The notes: generated from the letters alone by a model not told the origin. Positions 23,625 through 36,130 are shown, numbered from the stretch's first letter. The stretch is DNA of 64,000 bases from Scenedesmus sp. PABB004 (GCA_014905635.1 JABVCE010000013.1:930001-994000); one strand, 5' to 3'. Translations and numbers: made by a program.

Positions 23625-26313
23625 ATGAGGAGCCGGTGCCTGTGCCAGCGCGGCGCCGCGGCGGGCGCCCGCGTGCCGGCGGTGCCGCTTGTGGTCGCGC
23701 GACCGCGCGGGCGCTGCCGGCCGCTGCGCGCGGCGGGCGGCCCCGAGGAGCGCCAGGGCGCGAGCGACAAGGAGCTGGCCGACAAGTTCTTCGCGCCGCC
23801 GGGCAAGCAGCCGCAGCCGCGGCCGGCGTCGCCGGCGCAGCAGCAGCAGCCGGGCGGCGGCGCCGGCGCGGCCAACCCGCTCGACGCGGTCAACCCCTAC
23901 GCCCTGGGCCGCCAGGCGCGGCGCGCCTTCGACGACGTGTGGGGCCAGCTGAGCTCCATCACGGCGCCGACCAAGTCGTATGTGTTTGACGACGTGCTTG
24001 ACCCGAGCCTACAGCTCGAGGCAGACCCCGTCGCGGCGCGCACCAAGGTGCTCGTCGTCGGCGCGACGGGGCGCGTGGGGCGCATCCTCATCCGCAAGCT
24101 GCTGCTCCGCGGCTACAAGGTCGCCGCGCTCGTGCGCACGCGCGAGGGCATCCGCGACAGCGAGGGCGCGGCCGAGGGCCTGCCGTCGGCGGTCGAGATC
24201 GTGACCGGCGACGTCGGCGAGCTGCGCGACTGCCAGCGGGCGGTCAGGGGCGTCGACAAGGTGCGCCGACAAGGGGCAGGGGCCGCGGGGGACGCGCGCG
24301 CCGCGGCGTGCGGCCCAAACAGAGCCTCGGCCGCGCCGGACCCGCCCTTGCTGACCGCGCCGACGTGCGCGCGCCGCAGATCATCTTCTGTGCCGCCGCG
24401 CGCACTGCGTTCACGGGCGACCTCGTGCGCGTCGACGAGCGCGGCGTGGCGCGCCTCGCGGCAGCGCTGCAGGACGAGCAGTGGCGGCGCGCCAAGGCTG
24501 GCGGCCGCAAGTACTCGCCGGCCGCGAAGCGCGAGGTCGCCGACTTTTCAAAGGTCTACCACCAGCTCAAGTGGGACATCGACTTTGTGGGCGTCCAGGT
24601 GCGGCGGCGCGGCACGGCACCGCAACGGCGGCGCGGCGGAGCGGCGCGGCGGCCGCAGCGGCGCGGCGGCGGCGGGCCGCAGCGCGGCGGCCCGCCCGCG
24701 AGCCGCGGCACGCGCGCCCACGCGCCGCGCCGCGCCGCGCCGCGCCGCGCAGGGCGAGGACGGGTCGGTAAAGCGTGACGCGGAGCGCGCCAACCTCGCG
24801 GCCGCGGAGATCACCGACGGCGACAACCTGGTGTTCAGCGGCGCCCTCTTCAGCCGCGGCGCGTTTGCGGAGGTGCGGCGGCCGCGGACGCAGCGCGGGG
24901 CGGGCTGCGGCGGCAGGTCGAGCGGGCGGTGGCTTGGCGGCGCGGCGCCGCCGCGCTGACGCCCGCCGCGGCGCCGCCCACCGCTGCGCGGCCGCCAGGT
25001 CGGCGCGGACCTCAACCCGCTGCTGCCCGGCGGGGACGAGCGGCTGGCGGGCACGGAGGGCCTCACGCTGCGCGTGAAGAGCGAGGGTCACACCTACGCC
25101 TGCGTGCTGCGCACGGGTGCGCGGCGCGGGGCCCGCGCGCGGCGCGGCTGCGCGCCGCCGCCGCCGCCGGAGCGTCCGCGCGCGTCGCGTGCCCTCGCGC
25201 GCGCATGCCCACGCCGCCGTCCCCGCCGCCCCATCGCGCGCGCAGCCGAGGGCCACTCGTACGCCGCGCGCTTCCCCACGCGCCCCGCGCGCTACTCCAC
25301 GGTGCGCCTGCCCTGGGCGCTGTTCCGGCCCGAGGCGGAGGGCCAGCCGCCGCTCACGCCCGGCGCCATCAAGCACGTGAGCCTGCGCTACGAGCTGCGG
25401 AAACCCTCGGTCGCCGCGGCCGCGGCGGCCGCGGGCGGCGCGCCGGCGGTGCCCGCGGGCGCGCGCGTGCCGGCGGGCGCGCGGCCGCCGCCGGCGGGCG
25501 CCGCGCGGCGCCGGCCGCCGCCGCCGCCGCCGCGGCGGGCGCGCGCCTGCGCGCGGCGGCCGAGGCCACGGCCGCGGGCGCGCGCTTCGAGCGCTTCCAG
25601 CTCGAGGTGGACTGGATCAAGGCCCTGCCCGCGGGCGCGGAGCCCGACTTTGTGCTCGTCTCCTGCTCCGGCGCGGGCCGCGGCGGCGTGCCGGCCGACG
25701 AGCTCGCACGCATCGTCGCGGCGAAGCGGCGCGGCGAGGACCTGCTGCGCTCCACCGGGCTCGGCTACACAATCATCCGCCCGGGGCCGCTCGTGGTGCG
25801 CGGCGCGCAGCGCGGCGCGGCGGCCTCCGCGGCGCGGGCGATGCGGCTCCCGCGGCGACGCTGTGTGCGTGCGCGCCGGCGCCGCTGTGCCGGGCTTCCT
25901 CACCCCGCCGCCGCTGCCGCGCGCGCCCCGCCCACGACAGGACGAGCCCGGCGGCTACAAGGCGCTGGTGTTTGACCAGGGCGACCGCGTGGGGCAGAGC
26001 GTGAGCGCTGCGGACGTCGCCGACATCTGCCTGCGCGCGCTGCACGAGGGCGAGGTGCGCCGGCCGGCCGGCCGCGCGACCGCGCCCGCCCGCCGCTGCC
26101 CGCGCCGCGCGCGCGCCGCCCGCCTGCCGTCTCAGCGCCGCGGCGCGCGTGCGGCCGCCCCGGTCGCCGCAGGCGCGCAACAAGACGTTTGACGTCTGCT
26201 ATGAGTACCAGCCGGAGCAGGGCCTCGAGCTGTACGAGCTGGTCGCGAGCATACCCAGCGCGGGCCGCAACTACCTCGCGAGCGCGCTCGGCCCGCTGCA
26301 GCGCAACACCTGA
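23625..26313 (+). CDS. HCF173: HCF173 homolog (atypical SDR with CIA30 domain; psbA translation factor)
   Basis: NPYALGRQARRAFDDVW, VLVVGATGRVGRILIRKLLLRGY, FQLEVDWIKALP, EPGGYKALVFDQG...ADVADICLRALH...RNKTFDVCYEY...LYELVA...NYL...LQRNT*. Apparent single indel near 25500. Confidence 0.9.
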
Positions 26314-26491
26314 GCGCGCGGGCGACGCGCGCGGGCGGGGGCGCGGGCGCATGGCGGGGGGCGTCGCCTGGCAGCGACGCGCGCGGCGCGAGCGCCTGTG
26401 GGCGCCGCCGCCCGCGCCGCGCCGGGATAAGCTGCTGCCTGATCTCGGCCCTGATTTTGGCACTGCACTCGGGGCGCATCGGACGGCAGCG

Positions 26492-26496
26492 TGTAA
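26492..26496 (+). promoter_or_regulatory. TGTAA polyadenylation signal of HCF173
   Basis: TGTAA about 180 nt after the stop. Confidence 0.65.
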
Positions 26497-26928
26497 CAGG
26501 CGGACGCATCGGACACGGCACGCGCGCCGAGCAGCCGCTCGGCCCGGTCGCGCGCGGTGCGCGTCGGCGGCGCGCGCGCGGCCGCGCCTGTGCGCGGTCG
26601 AATGCACGCGACGGGCGCGCCGGCGGCCTGGCGCGCCCGTTTGGGCGCGTCGCCTGCCCGCCGCACCAGCGTCACCCGCCGGCGCCGGCGCCGCTGCCGC
26701 CGCCGGGGACCCCGTGCGCGCCCCCAGCCCTCCGCGCCGCGGCGAAGAATTATTGAAATGCGGTACTGAGCTCGCACGGCAGGCGCGTTCCGAGTGGAAC
26801 CATGGAACCCATTCCGGTGGCGTTCCGCCGTCGTCACGTCCCCTGCCCATTGCGGCGCCTGGGGCGCCACAATCGCGCTGTGGCCGCCAGTGTGGACGCC
26901 GCCGATTCGAAGGCTTCGATCGCGCACC

Positions 26929-28881
26929 ATGGCCCGCCTCAACGCTGCAGCGACCGGCGCCGCCGCGCTGGTCCTCCTCCTGGCATTGTCTGCCCCCGGG
27001 CACGCCTCCGCGCGGCTCGAGAATGCGGTGACCGACTGGATCAATGCCACACAAGCCGAGGTGGCCATCAGCGGCATCCAGAACCAGCTCTCGGCCAAGG
27101 TCTACGCGCTCGTTGCGCTCCCCATCCTGCAGGCCCTGGAGACCGGCGGCGCGCCGGACGCGGTGCTCGTTGCGTACGCCGGGCACGCCGCGCTCTCCGC
27201 GCTCTTCCCCTGGTGCGCCGCGCGCGGCGAGGCGCTGGCCGGCCGTCGCGGCGGCGCCGCGCGCGCGCCCTGGCGCCCGCCCGCTCACCTCGTTCCCCCG
27301 CCGCTCCTCCTCGCGCCGCGCGCAGGCGCCAGGGCAACTATGACGTGCTCCTGGCCAAGCAGCTCAAGGCCGCGGGCCTGAGCGCCGACGACAAGAAGGC
27401 CGCGACCTCGGCCGCGGTCGCCAAGGCCGTGCCGTTGGCCGCCGACCTCGTGCGCGCGAGGTGCGCCGCCGCCGCGCGCCGCGGCTCCCCTGTGGCCGCC
27501 CGCGCACCGCCCGTGGCTCTTCCCCCCGCCCGGCCCACCCTCATGAGATCACCCACCCTCACCCGCCCCGCCCGCCCGCACCGCCAGGACCGCCGACGAG
27601 TCCACGCGCTACTCCGGCTTCACACCGGCCGCCGCGGGCACTCCCTACGAGTACCAGTTCGTGGAGGGCCAGAAGTACGCGCTCTACCCCCAGCTCGCCG
27701 ACGCGACGCCGTTCGTCCTCGACGAGTCCGTGATCGACGCGGTCGTGTCCAACAAGAACGCGAGCACCGGCCCCGTCTTCAAGCCCGCCAAGGACGATTA
27801 CCTGCTTACGTACGAGCTCGGCGGCGCCAACTCGCCCGACCGCAGCGAGTACAACACCGGCAGCGCGTGGTTCTGGGCCGACGGCGCCAACACGTCGGCC
27901 ATCACGGGCCACTGGATCGACATCGCGCGCGAGGTGCGCGCCGCGCGCCCGCGCCGCGCCGCCGCACGCCCGCCGCGCCCGCCCACACCCGACACATCGC
28001 TGCCCCCCCCCCCCCACCTCCACACACACACCGCCACCGCCAGGTGCTGCCGTCCGACTTCAGCCTCAAGGACACCGCCCTCTACTTTGCCCGCGCGGCA
28101 GCGGCGACGTACGACGCCTCGATCGCCGGCTGGAAGGTCAAGTACAGCACCCTTCACTGGCGCCCCGTGACCGCCATCACCCAGGGCTGGACCAACTTCA
28201 CGGCCGACCCCGCGTGGAAGCCCCTCCTCGGCCGCACGCCCGCGCACCCGGGTGCGGCGCGCGCGCACGCGCCCGCGCCAGGGCACCGGCGACCCGCCCC
28301 TGCCCCGCCGGCCGCCCGCGCGCGCACGCGCGCGCGCTCTCACCCGTCTGCGGCCGCCGCTCGCAGAATATCCGTCTGGGCACCAAGTGTCAGTCGGCGC
28401 GGCGCTCGAGGTGCTCGTGCGCACGCTGGGCACCGACAACGTGAGCGCGCGCTGCCGCGCGGGCCGGGGGCGCGCTGGGGGTTGGACTGCGCCAGGCCGG
28501 CCCGGCGCTCACCCCCCCCCCCCCTTCCCCCTGGCCCCTCGCGCGCAGGTTACGTTCAGCATCGGCAGCGAGGGCGCGCCCTGGCTGGGCAAGCGGAAGT
28601 ACAAGACCCTGACCGCCGCGGCGGAGGAGGTCGGCGACTCGCGCCTCTTTGGCGGCGTGCACTTCACGAGCGCGAACGATGACGGCCTGAAGCTCGGCCG
28701 CCTCATCGCCGGCAAGGCCTTTGACGCGTGGCCGGGCGCGACGGGGTCGATCAAGGCCGCGAGCGCGTCGGGCGGCGGCGGCGGCGCCAAGACCGAGTCC
28801 GCAGCCGGCGGCGACAAGAAGGCGAGCAAGGCCTCGTCCTCCATCTTCAGCTTCATCCTCGGCCGCCGCCTGCTCCTGTGA
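26929..28881 (+). CDS. Secreted vanadium-dependent haloperoxidase-like protein (PAP2 superfamily), 6 exons
   Basis: Signal peptide MARLNAAATGAAALVLLLALSAPGHASA; N-terminal NAVTDW; FWAD; vanadate-binding motifs KYSTLHWRP, TPAHP/EYPSGH, SRLFGGVHF. Confidence 0.88.
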
Positions 28882-28917
28882 GCTGGCCGGCGCATGTATG
28901 GCCGCGCGCCCCTCTCT

Positions 28918-28957
28918 GCCGCAATAAACTGATCTGGCTCGATTTAAATTAATCAAT
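28918..28957. terminator. AT-rich island between convergent genes, probable 3'-end formation region
   Basis: AATAAA at 28923-28928 and GATTTAAATTAATCAAT within otherwise very GC-rich DNA, between the VHPO and VPS29 stops. Confidence 0.4.
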
Positions 28958-29192
28958 GGCGCGGCTGACGCCGGACGGGGGTGGGGGGCGGAACGGACGG
29001 CGCGCGGGCGGGTCGCTGCAGCCAGCGACGGCGCTGCCGCTCCCGGCGCCGTGTGACATCATGATGTGCCGTCACGCGGTGCCGTCGCTCTGTTACTCGG
29101 CGCCGCGCCGCAGCCCGCACCCGGCCGCGTCGCAGCGGCCGCCCGCGCTGCGCCCGCCCGCCCCGGCCGCCGCCCCGCCCGCGGCACACTGC

Positions 29193-30356
29193 TCAGCTGA
29201 CCGGCCCCGCGACCGCAGCCGGCGCCTTGGTGTGGTCAATCTTCTCGACCTTGACCTCGCCGTCGATCAGCTGATACACGTAGATGGTCGCCTGCACCGG
29301 CAGCGGCGCCCAGGGGGGCGAGGCGGTCAGCGGGGCAGCCTCCACTGCGCCAGCGCTCTCTTCTCGCGGAGGCGCGGCGGCGGCGCGGCCGCGCCCCGCC
29401 CGGCCGCGGGCCGGCGGCTCGCCGGGCGCGCTGTGCGCGCTGTGCGTGCTGCGCTGTGCGGCGCGCACCCGCGAGCCGTCGAGGTCCATGAGCACAAAGC
29501 TGGGCGCCACGTCGTGCGTGAGCGTGCTGTACGCGCCGCTCGCGCTGCCGGGGTTAATCTGCAGCCGGTCCTCGTAGCTCACCGCCTGCCCGGCGCGGCA
29601 GGCGCGGCGGCGGCGCGCGGGCGCGGCGCGGCGCGGCGGCGTCGGCGGCGGCGCCCCGGGGCCGGCTCGGCGCACGCGCGGCCGCTGCCCGCGCGCGCCT
29701 TGAACTCGTGGGTGTGGCCGGTGACCAAGATGTCGACGCCCATCTGGCGCTGCAGCATCGCCAGCGCCTCCTTGTCGCCCCAGGGCACCACCTGGTGCCC
29801 GTGGCACACGCCGACCTTGAAGTCAGCGACCTGCACCACCTGCGCGCGCGCGCGCACGGGCGGGGGGGGGGGGGGGCGTTCGCTGCGCGGGGCGCTGCGC
29901 GCTGCCAGGCTCGCCGCCGCCGCGCGCCGGCTGCGCACCAGCTGCTCCGGCGACTCAAAGTCGTCAAAGTCGCCCTGCACCACCTTGACGTCGCTGCATA
30001 TGCCGCGCAGGAAGTCCAGCGTCGCCTGCAGCGGCAGAGAGAGACAGAGCAGCGGCCGCGCAGCGGCGGCGGCGCAGCGCGTCGGCGCTCTCCGGGCCGC
30101 GCGCCGGGTGCACACACGCGCAGCGGGCGGCGCGTGCGGGGCGATCAGGCGCCCCGGCGCGCCCCCGCGCGCGATCGGAGCTGCCGGCGGCGGCGGGCGA
30201 CGCGCAGCAGGCGCTGCGGCGCACTCTGCTGCACAGGTTGCCCGTGCACAGCACTTGGTGAATCTTGCCGGGTTTGAGCAGCTCCCGAAACTTGGCGGGG
30301 ATGTCCGTGGTGCGGTGGGGGATGTGGATGTCGCCGATGCAGAGCACCAGCACCAT
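29193..30356 (-). CDS. VPS29: Retromer subunit VPS29, 5 exons
   Basis: [15 protein letters not shown]...[74 protein letters not shown]. Confidence 0.97.
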
Positions 30357-30997
30357 CTCGGGGCCGCGCCTGCCGCCGTTCGCCGCCGGGGCGTGCTATC
30401 CGGGATCTCACACACGCTAAGCCACGCCGGCAGGCCTTGCAGGCGCGCGCACGGCAGACGCGGCGGGCGAGCAGCGAGCAGCGGCGCGGCGCGCGGGCGG
30501 CGGCGTGTGCGGGGCGGCCGTGGGGCTCACGCACGCTGGCCTGGGGTCAGGGCGGAGATGTGCCTCCGCAGCAGCGCGGGCGCGCGACCCCAAGCCGCAG
30601 CGTCAGGCTGAGCCGCCAAAACCCCGCCGGCGCACAGGTTGGTTTCAGTGCCGGGCCCCGGCCTGCTCGAGTGAGCAGGAATACGAGTACGCAAGCGCCG
30701 ACAGATCCCCGCTCCGCTCCCAAATGTGAATGCAACGTGACTCGGCGCCCACTGCTGCTCAGCATCTGAGCCATGCGACAAGAGTGCTGTGCGCCAATCG
30801 GGCGCCCCATGCAGTGCCAGCGTCACACGCGCAGTGCCGATCATGGCCCATCTGCCGTGCTGCGAGTCGCCCAGCGCCCCCACATGCGGCGACGCCATGT
30901 AGAGTTGACGTGCCAGCAGGCCAGGGAGACAGAGGCAGAGGGACAGAGAGAAAACAGGAAAGGGTTGTGTGCACAGTGCTGTGACGCTGACTCTGAC

Positions 30998-32307
30998 TTA
31001 GCCCTCGGCCCCGCTCGCTGGGCCGCCGGACGCAGGCTCGGCCTTGAACCTCGCCAGTTCAGCGAGCCCGCCGAGCTCTACAGCACATGGCTCGTCCGCG
31101 GCGCCCCCGTCGCCCGGAGCGACCCCGGCGGCGCCGGCGAGCGCCTCCGCCGCTAGGAGGGCGTCAGCGTCAGCGTCGGCGGCGCCCGCCGCGCCGCGCT
31201 CCTGCTCCTGCCGCTCACAACGCTGCGGCTGTTGTGCCTCGCCGGCGGCCGCGGCGGCGAGCAGCGCGCCAAGCGCCGCCGCGCCTGCCGGCGCGGCCGC
31301 CCCGGCTGCGGCGCGCGACAGCTGCAGGACGCCGGCCAGGCCGCCGCCGCCGCCCTCGTGCAGGGCGGCGGAGAGGGCCGCAGGGCTGCCACCGGCCAGG
31401 CTCAGCAGCAAGCCCAGGACGCCTGCGGCGCCCGGCTGCACCTGCGCGCCGCCCTGCTGCGCGGCGGCGGCCTGCGTGCCGGACAGGGCGGCCGCGCTCT
31501 GGGCGACGCTCGGCTCCTCGTCACGCGGACGGTCGGAGGTCACCGAGCTGCCCGCAGAGGGGGTGCCGTCCTTGCCGCCCGCGCCCGCGGCCGCGGCCGC
31601 GGCCGCCGCGCCCAGCAGGTCGAGCAGGTGGTGCACGCCCTGCTCGCCGCCAGACGGCGGCGGCGCGGCAGCAACCGCGGTGGGCTCCCCGCCCGCGCTG
31701 CCTTGCGGCGCCGCGGCCACCGCCGAGGTCCCGGGGACGTCCGGCCCTCTGTGCGGCCTGGCGTCCGGGGCCCGGCTGCCGCCACCAGCTGCAGGGCTCT
31801 GGGGCAGGCCGCCGGGGTGCTCGCGCGGCACCCCCAGCTGGCTGAGCGCCTCAGCTGCTGCTGCCAGCTGCGCCTGCTGCCGCTGCGCCTCCGCCGCGCC
31901 GCCCTGGCTGCCCCTGCCGCCGTGAGGCCAGGCAGACGGGGCGCCCGGCGAGCACGGCTCGAGGCCATGGTGCCCTGCCTGCCGCAGCTCCATCAGCGCC
32001 TGCATCGCGCCCGCAGGCGGCAGCGCCGCCGCCGCCGCCGCAGCAGCAGCCGCCGCCGCCGCCGCCGCCGCGCCCCGCCTGGCGCTGGCCGACTGGCGCT
32101 CGCGCATGGCGTGCACGGTTTTGAGCGTCGTGTGCAGCGCGACCTCCACCGCGGCGAGCGCCGTGTCGGAGCTGCCCGCCAGCGCCGCCTCGGCCTGCCC
32201 GGCCGCGACCGTGATGTCGCTGACCGCCTGCAGCATGTCCGCGACCGCACGCATCAGCGCCTGCTGCGCCTGCTGCGGCGCGCCGGCCTTGCCGGTGCCG
32301 CCAGGCA

Positions 32308-32365
<58 letters not shown>

Positions 32366-34847
32366 ATGCCGCCGCGCATGCGACGACAGCAGCGCCCCCA
32401 GCGCCGCCGGCCCGCCCAGCTGCGTCACGGCCACCAGCAGCTGCTCCACCTGCGACGGCGCATGCGCCTGCGGCGCAGCGCTCGGCCACCGGCCGGCGAC
32501 GCCGTGCGCCCCGCCGCCGTGCGCGCCGCCGCCGAGCGCCGCCTGCAGCAGGGTCTCCAGCCCGGGCGCGTGCTGCGCTTGCGCCTGCTGCATGTGGGCG
32601 TGGGCTTGCGCTTGCGCGTGCGCCACGGCGGCGGCCACCTGCTGCTGCTGGTGCTGCGCGGCCGCCGCCTGGCGCTGCCGCTCCTGGGCCACGAGAGCCG
32701 CAATCGCCTCAACGCACTGCTGCTGCTGCAGCGCCGACGCGCCGGGCTGCTGCGCGAGCTGCACCAGCTGCCTCAGCAGCGCGGCCGTGCCCGGGTCCAT
32801 CGCCGGGCCGAGGGCGGCGCCGCCGTGCGCGCCGTGCTGCTGCCCGCCGCCCGCGCGCGCGGCGAGCTCTGCCGGCAGCGGCACGGGCAGCGCCGCGGCG
32901 GCGGCGGGGTCGATGTCCAGCGGCCCCAGCCCCGCCGCCGTGGCGGGGTCGAGCGGGCAGCCCGCCGCAGCCAGCGCGGCCGCCTCGGCCGCCGGCGACA
33001 GCGCCGGCCTGCCTGGCCCCACCACGGGCCGGCCGCGCTTCGCCAGCTGCTGGCGCGCCCCGCCGTCGCCAGCGTCGGGCGGCGTGCCGCGCTTGCCGGC
33101 GAAGGTGCCGGCCTTGCCCCAGGGCGAGTGCCCGCCGCCGACGCCCCGGCCGCCGCCCGGCTCGGGCTTGGGCGCGGCCGGGCGCGGCCGCGCGGCGGCG
33201 GCACTGCCGGACGCGCGGCTGGCCGCCTTGCTGCCGCCGTGGCGCTCGTCAGCCTCCGTCCCGACTGCCATCGCGGCTGGCGGCTGCAGCGCCGCCGCGC
33301 GCAGCCCGGGCGAGGCCGGCGCCGCCCCGCTGCCCGCCGCCGCGTCGTGCTGGGGCCGCTCCGCGCCGCCGCCGCAGCCCGGGCCCGCCGCGCCGCCAGC
33401 GCCGTCTGGCTGCGCGCCGCCGCGGCGCGCGGCGGGCGCGCTGCCGCTGCCGCTGCCGCTGCCGCCGGCGGCCGCCTCGGCCGCCGCGGCCGCGGCGGCC
33501 TTGGCCGCCTGCTCCGCAACGACGCTCGTGCCGAGCACGCGGCCCCGGTTGATGCGCTCCAGCGCGGCGAGCAGGTCGCCGAGCGCGGGGAAGCGCGGGA
33601 AGCAGCGCACGCACGTGTGCGCGAGCTGGTCGACGAGCGCGTGCACGACAGCGACGGTGAAGAGCTGGTGCACGCCCTCGAGGCGCGCCGCGTTGGACGC
33701 GAGCCGCGTCGCCGTGTCCGCGAGCTTGTTGCCCCCGCCCGGCGGCTCGGACCGCAGCTCGCGGTCGAGCTCGCGCGCGAGCGCCGTGTGCGCCGCCTCC
33801 ACGCTCGCCACGTGCGACGTGTACATCTCTGCGCCGGGCCGTCGGCGCGGGCCAGTCGGCACAGCCGCCGCGCGGCCGCGCCCGCTGCGCGGCCGTGCCC
33901 CCAGCTGCCGCCACCGCGCGCCGCGCCGCACCTGAGAGCACCAGCAGCATCTCGGTCTGCCGGCCGTCGAGGCGCACGCCGCTCATCGTCGCGTCGCTGT
34001 GCTCCGGGTCGGGCGTGACCGGCTCGCCGGTCATGATGTGGTGCGCCGACACGGCGTGCAGCACCGCGGGGTTCCACAGCACCGTGCCGACCAGCAGCTG
34101 CTTCAGCTCCGCGACCGCGAGCATGAGCCCGCCGCGCAGCGTGTCGTCGCTCGCCTGCGCGGCGGCGGCGGCGGCGGCGGCGGGGCGTGAGCCGCAGCGC
34201 GGCCGCAGCGGCGCGGCGCCGCCCGCGGGCGGGCCCGCTGCCCGGCGGCGGCGCGGCGCAGGCGCGGGCGTGCCTGCAGCAGCATGAGGCTGAGGCTGCT
34301 GATGAGGTTCTTGTAGCGCGCCGTGAAGCTCTCGGGCGTGAGGCCCCGGAACTCGTCGACGTCGAGCCTGGACGGCGCGGAGCGCGCAGCACGCAGCGCG
34401 GAGCGGCGGTCAGCGGCGCGGCGCTGGGCGCGCCACGGGCGCGGCCGCCGCCGGCTGCTGCCGGCAGCATGCTGCCGCGGCGCGGCTCGCTCGCCTGTCG
34501 AGCTCAAACAGGCTGGTCGCGGTCGGGCGGTCAGCGGCGTAGCCGCCGTACTGCTCGAGAAACTCGTCCAAAAACTTGAGCAGCTTGGCGTCCTCCAGTT
34601 CCGGGAAGCCCTGCTGCAGGTGGCGGCGCTTGTGGACCACGATTTCGCTCGCAACCTGCAGGAGCAGCACCAGCGCCATGCCCTTGAGCTGCAGGAAGCC
34701 GTTCTCGGCCTGCATCCTGAGCAGCGCGGCCTCCTTGTCGCGGGCCTGCAGCTCCAGGACGTGGCTCTTGGACTTGTAGCCCTTGCGCGCGTGATCGCTG
34801 GTGCCCTTGCGGGGCGCGCCCCGGCGCCGCCCTGGCCCGGCCTCCAT
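30998..34847 (-). CDS. Hypothetical protein with N-terminal basic/leucine-zipper-like segment, helical domain and long A/G/Q/P-rich tail, 4 exons
   Basis: ARKGYKSKSHVLELQARDKEAALLRMQAENGFLQLK resembles a degenerate bZIP. Exons join in frame (ELDR/LDVDEFRGLTPESF...LLQ/ASDD...LLVLS/EMYTSHV...CFPRFPALGDLL) with gene-like codon usage. Function is inference. Confidence 0.65.
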
Positions 34848-35229
34848 GGCGCCCCACGGCGCCGGGCAGGGGCCCGGTCGATTTTTCGAGCGCCCCTGCG
34901 CTCAGGGAGCCATGCGCGGAGCGACCCGGTCCCCGCAGCGACCAGAGTAATGTCGCGATGGTGCAGTGTCTCACCACGCGCCGCGCGCCGGCTGCCCGGC
35001 GCGGTGCGCCGGCGGCGTCCTCGGACGGCGAGGCGACCAGAGCCGGGGCCAGGAGCTTGGGGCGGTGCCTGCGCGCAGAGGTGACTAGAGCCGGCAAGCG
35101 GCAGCCAAGAGCAGCGCGTCGCGCGCGAGGTGCAGCTCCGGCGCCAGGTGGTCTCGGGCGGCGTGGCGGACGTCTGGGGCGGCGGCCGGGCGACCGCGGG
35201 GCACGGGCGCGCGCGAGGCGGCCGATTAG

Positions 35230-36130
35230 CCACGACCATGCCGCGCCGCGTGCCCCGTACGGCAAGCCGTACGCCGTGGACGTTGTGCGGCCACCACGCG
35301 GCGCGCACGTCCAGCGCCGGTGCTCGCTGCGGGGCTGCGCCTTGCCCAAGGCCGCCCGCCGCGCCTCACCCTGCCCGCGCGCAGCAGGCGGCCGCCCGAG
35401 TGGGCCGTGAGGTAGCGCTGTGCCAGGGGCGCCCTGGAGCCGCGCTGGGGACCGCGTGGCGTGCAAGCTGCCGCCAAGTCCGGGTGGTCACCGGGATCAC
35501 CGCGCGCGCCCTGACGCCCGGCCTCTTGCTCGTTCTCCAACTCGGCCGCGCCAGCGCTCGCCGCTCGACCACCGACGTGTCGCTCGTACACCGCCGCGCC
35601 TCTCGCTCGGCGGCGCGACCTCGCCGTGTAGTCGCCGCTCGCGCCGCCGCCGCGCCGCCCGCGGCTGCTGGGGAGCGCTCACTCGCTGTCGGTGTCGGAC
35701 TGACGTCAGGGCCGTGCCGCACACCCAGCAGCGCCGGTACGAGCTCAGGCAGCAGCCGGGCGGCAGGTCGCGCAGCTGCGTGTGACCGCCGTCTCGGCCC
35801 CGCCGGCACCTGCGCAGCACGCTGTGCAGGCAGCGCCCTTGAGCTGCAGGAAGCCGTTCTCGGCCTGCATCCTGATCAGCGCGGCCTCCTTGTCGCAGGC
35901 CGCACCTCCGCTCGGGAGGGGCGGCGGGGCAGTGGAATCGCCGCACGGCAGCGCTGCGTCGCGCCGCGAGCGGCCCGCGAGCGGCGCGCGCGCGGGCGGC
36001 GCGCGGCCCCGCGGCGTGGCCGCCGGCGGCAAAGTTCGGCGGCGCAGCCCGTGGCCGGGCAGCATGTTGGAGCCCCGCAGCTCCAGGACGTGGCTCTTGG
36101 ACTTGTAGCCCTTGCGCGCGTGATCGGGAA
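35230..36130 (-). pseudogene. Decayed tandem duplicate of the bZIP-like gene
   Basis: 35836-35900 and 36077-36127 are near-identical to 34681-34797. Weaker similarity to later exons near 35540-35590 and 35690-35750. No in-frame ATG just upstream of the duplicated segment. Confidence 0.7.

Noticed and set aside
30720..30997. Lower-GC stretch as a possible ncRNA or transposon
   Set aside because: No tRNA, snoRNA box pair, TIR or repeat recognised; adequately explained as 3' UTR of the bZIP-like gene and VPS29 upstream region.
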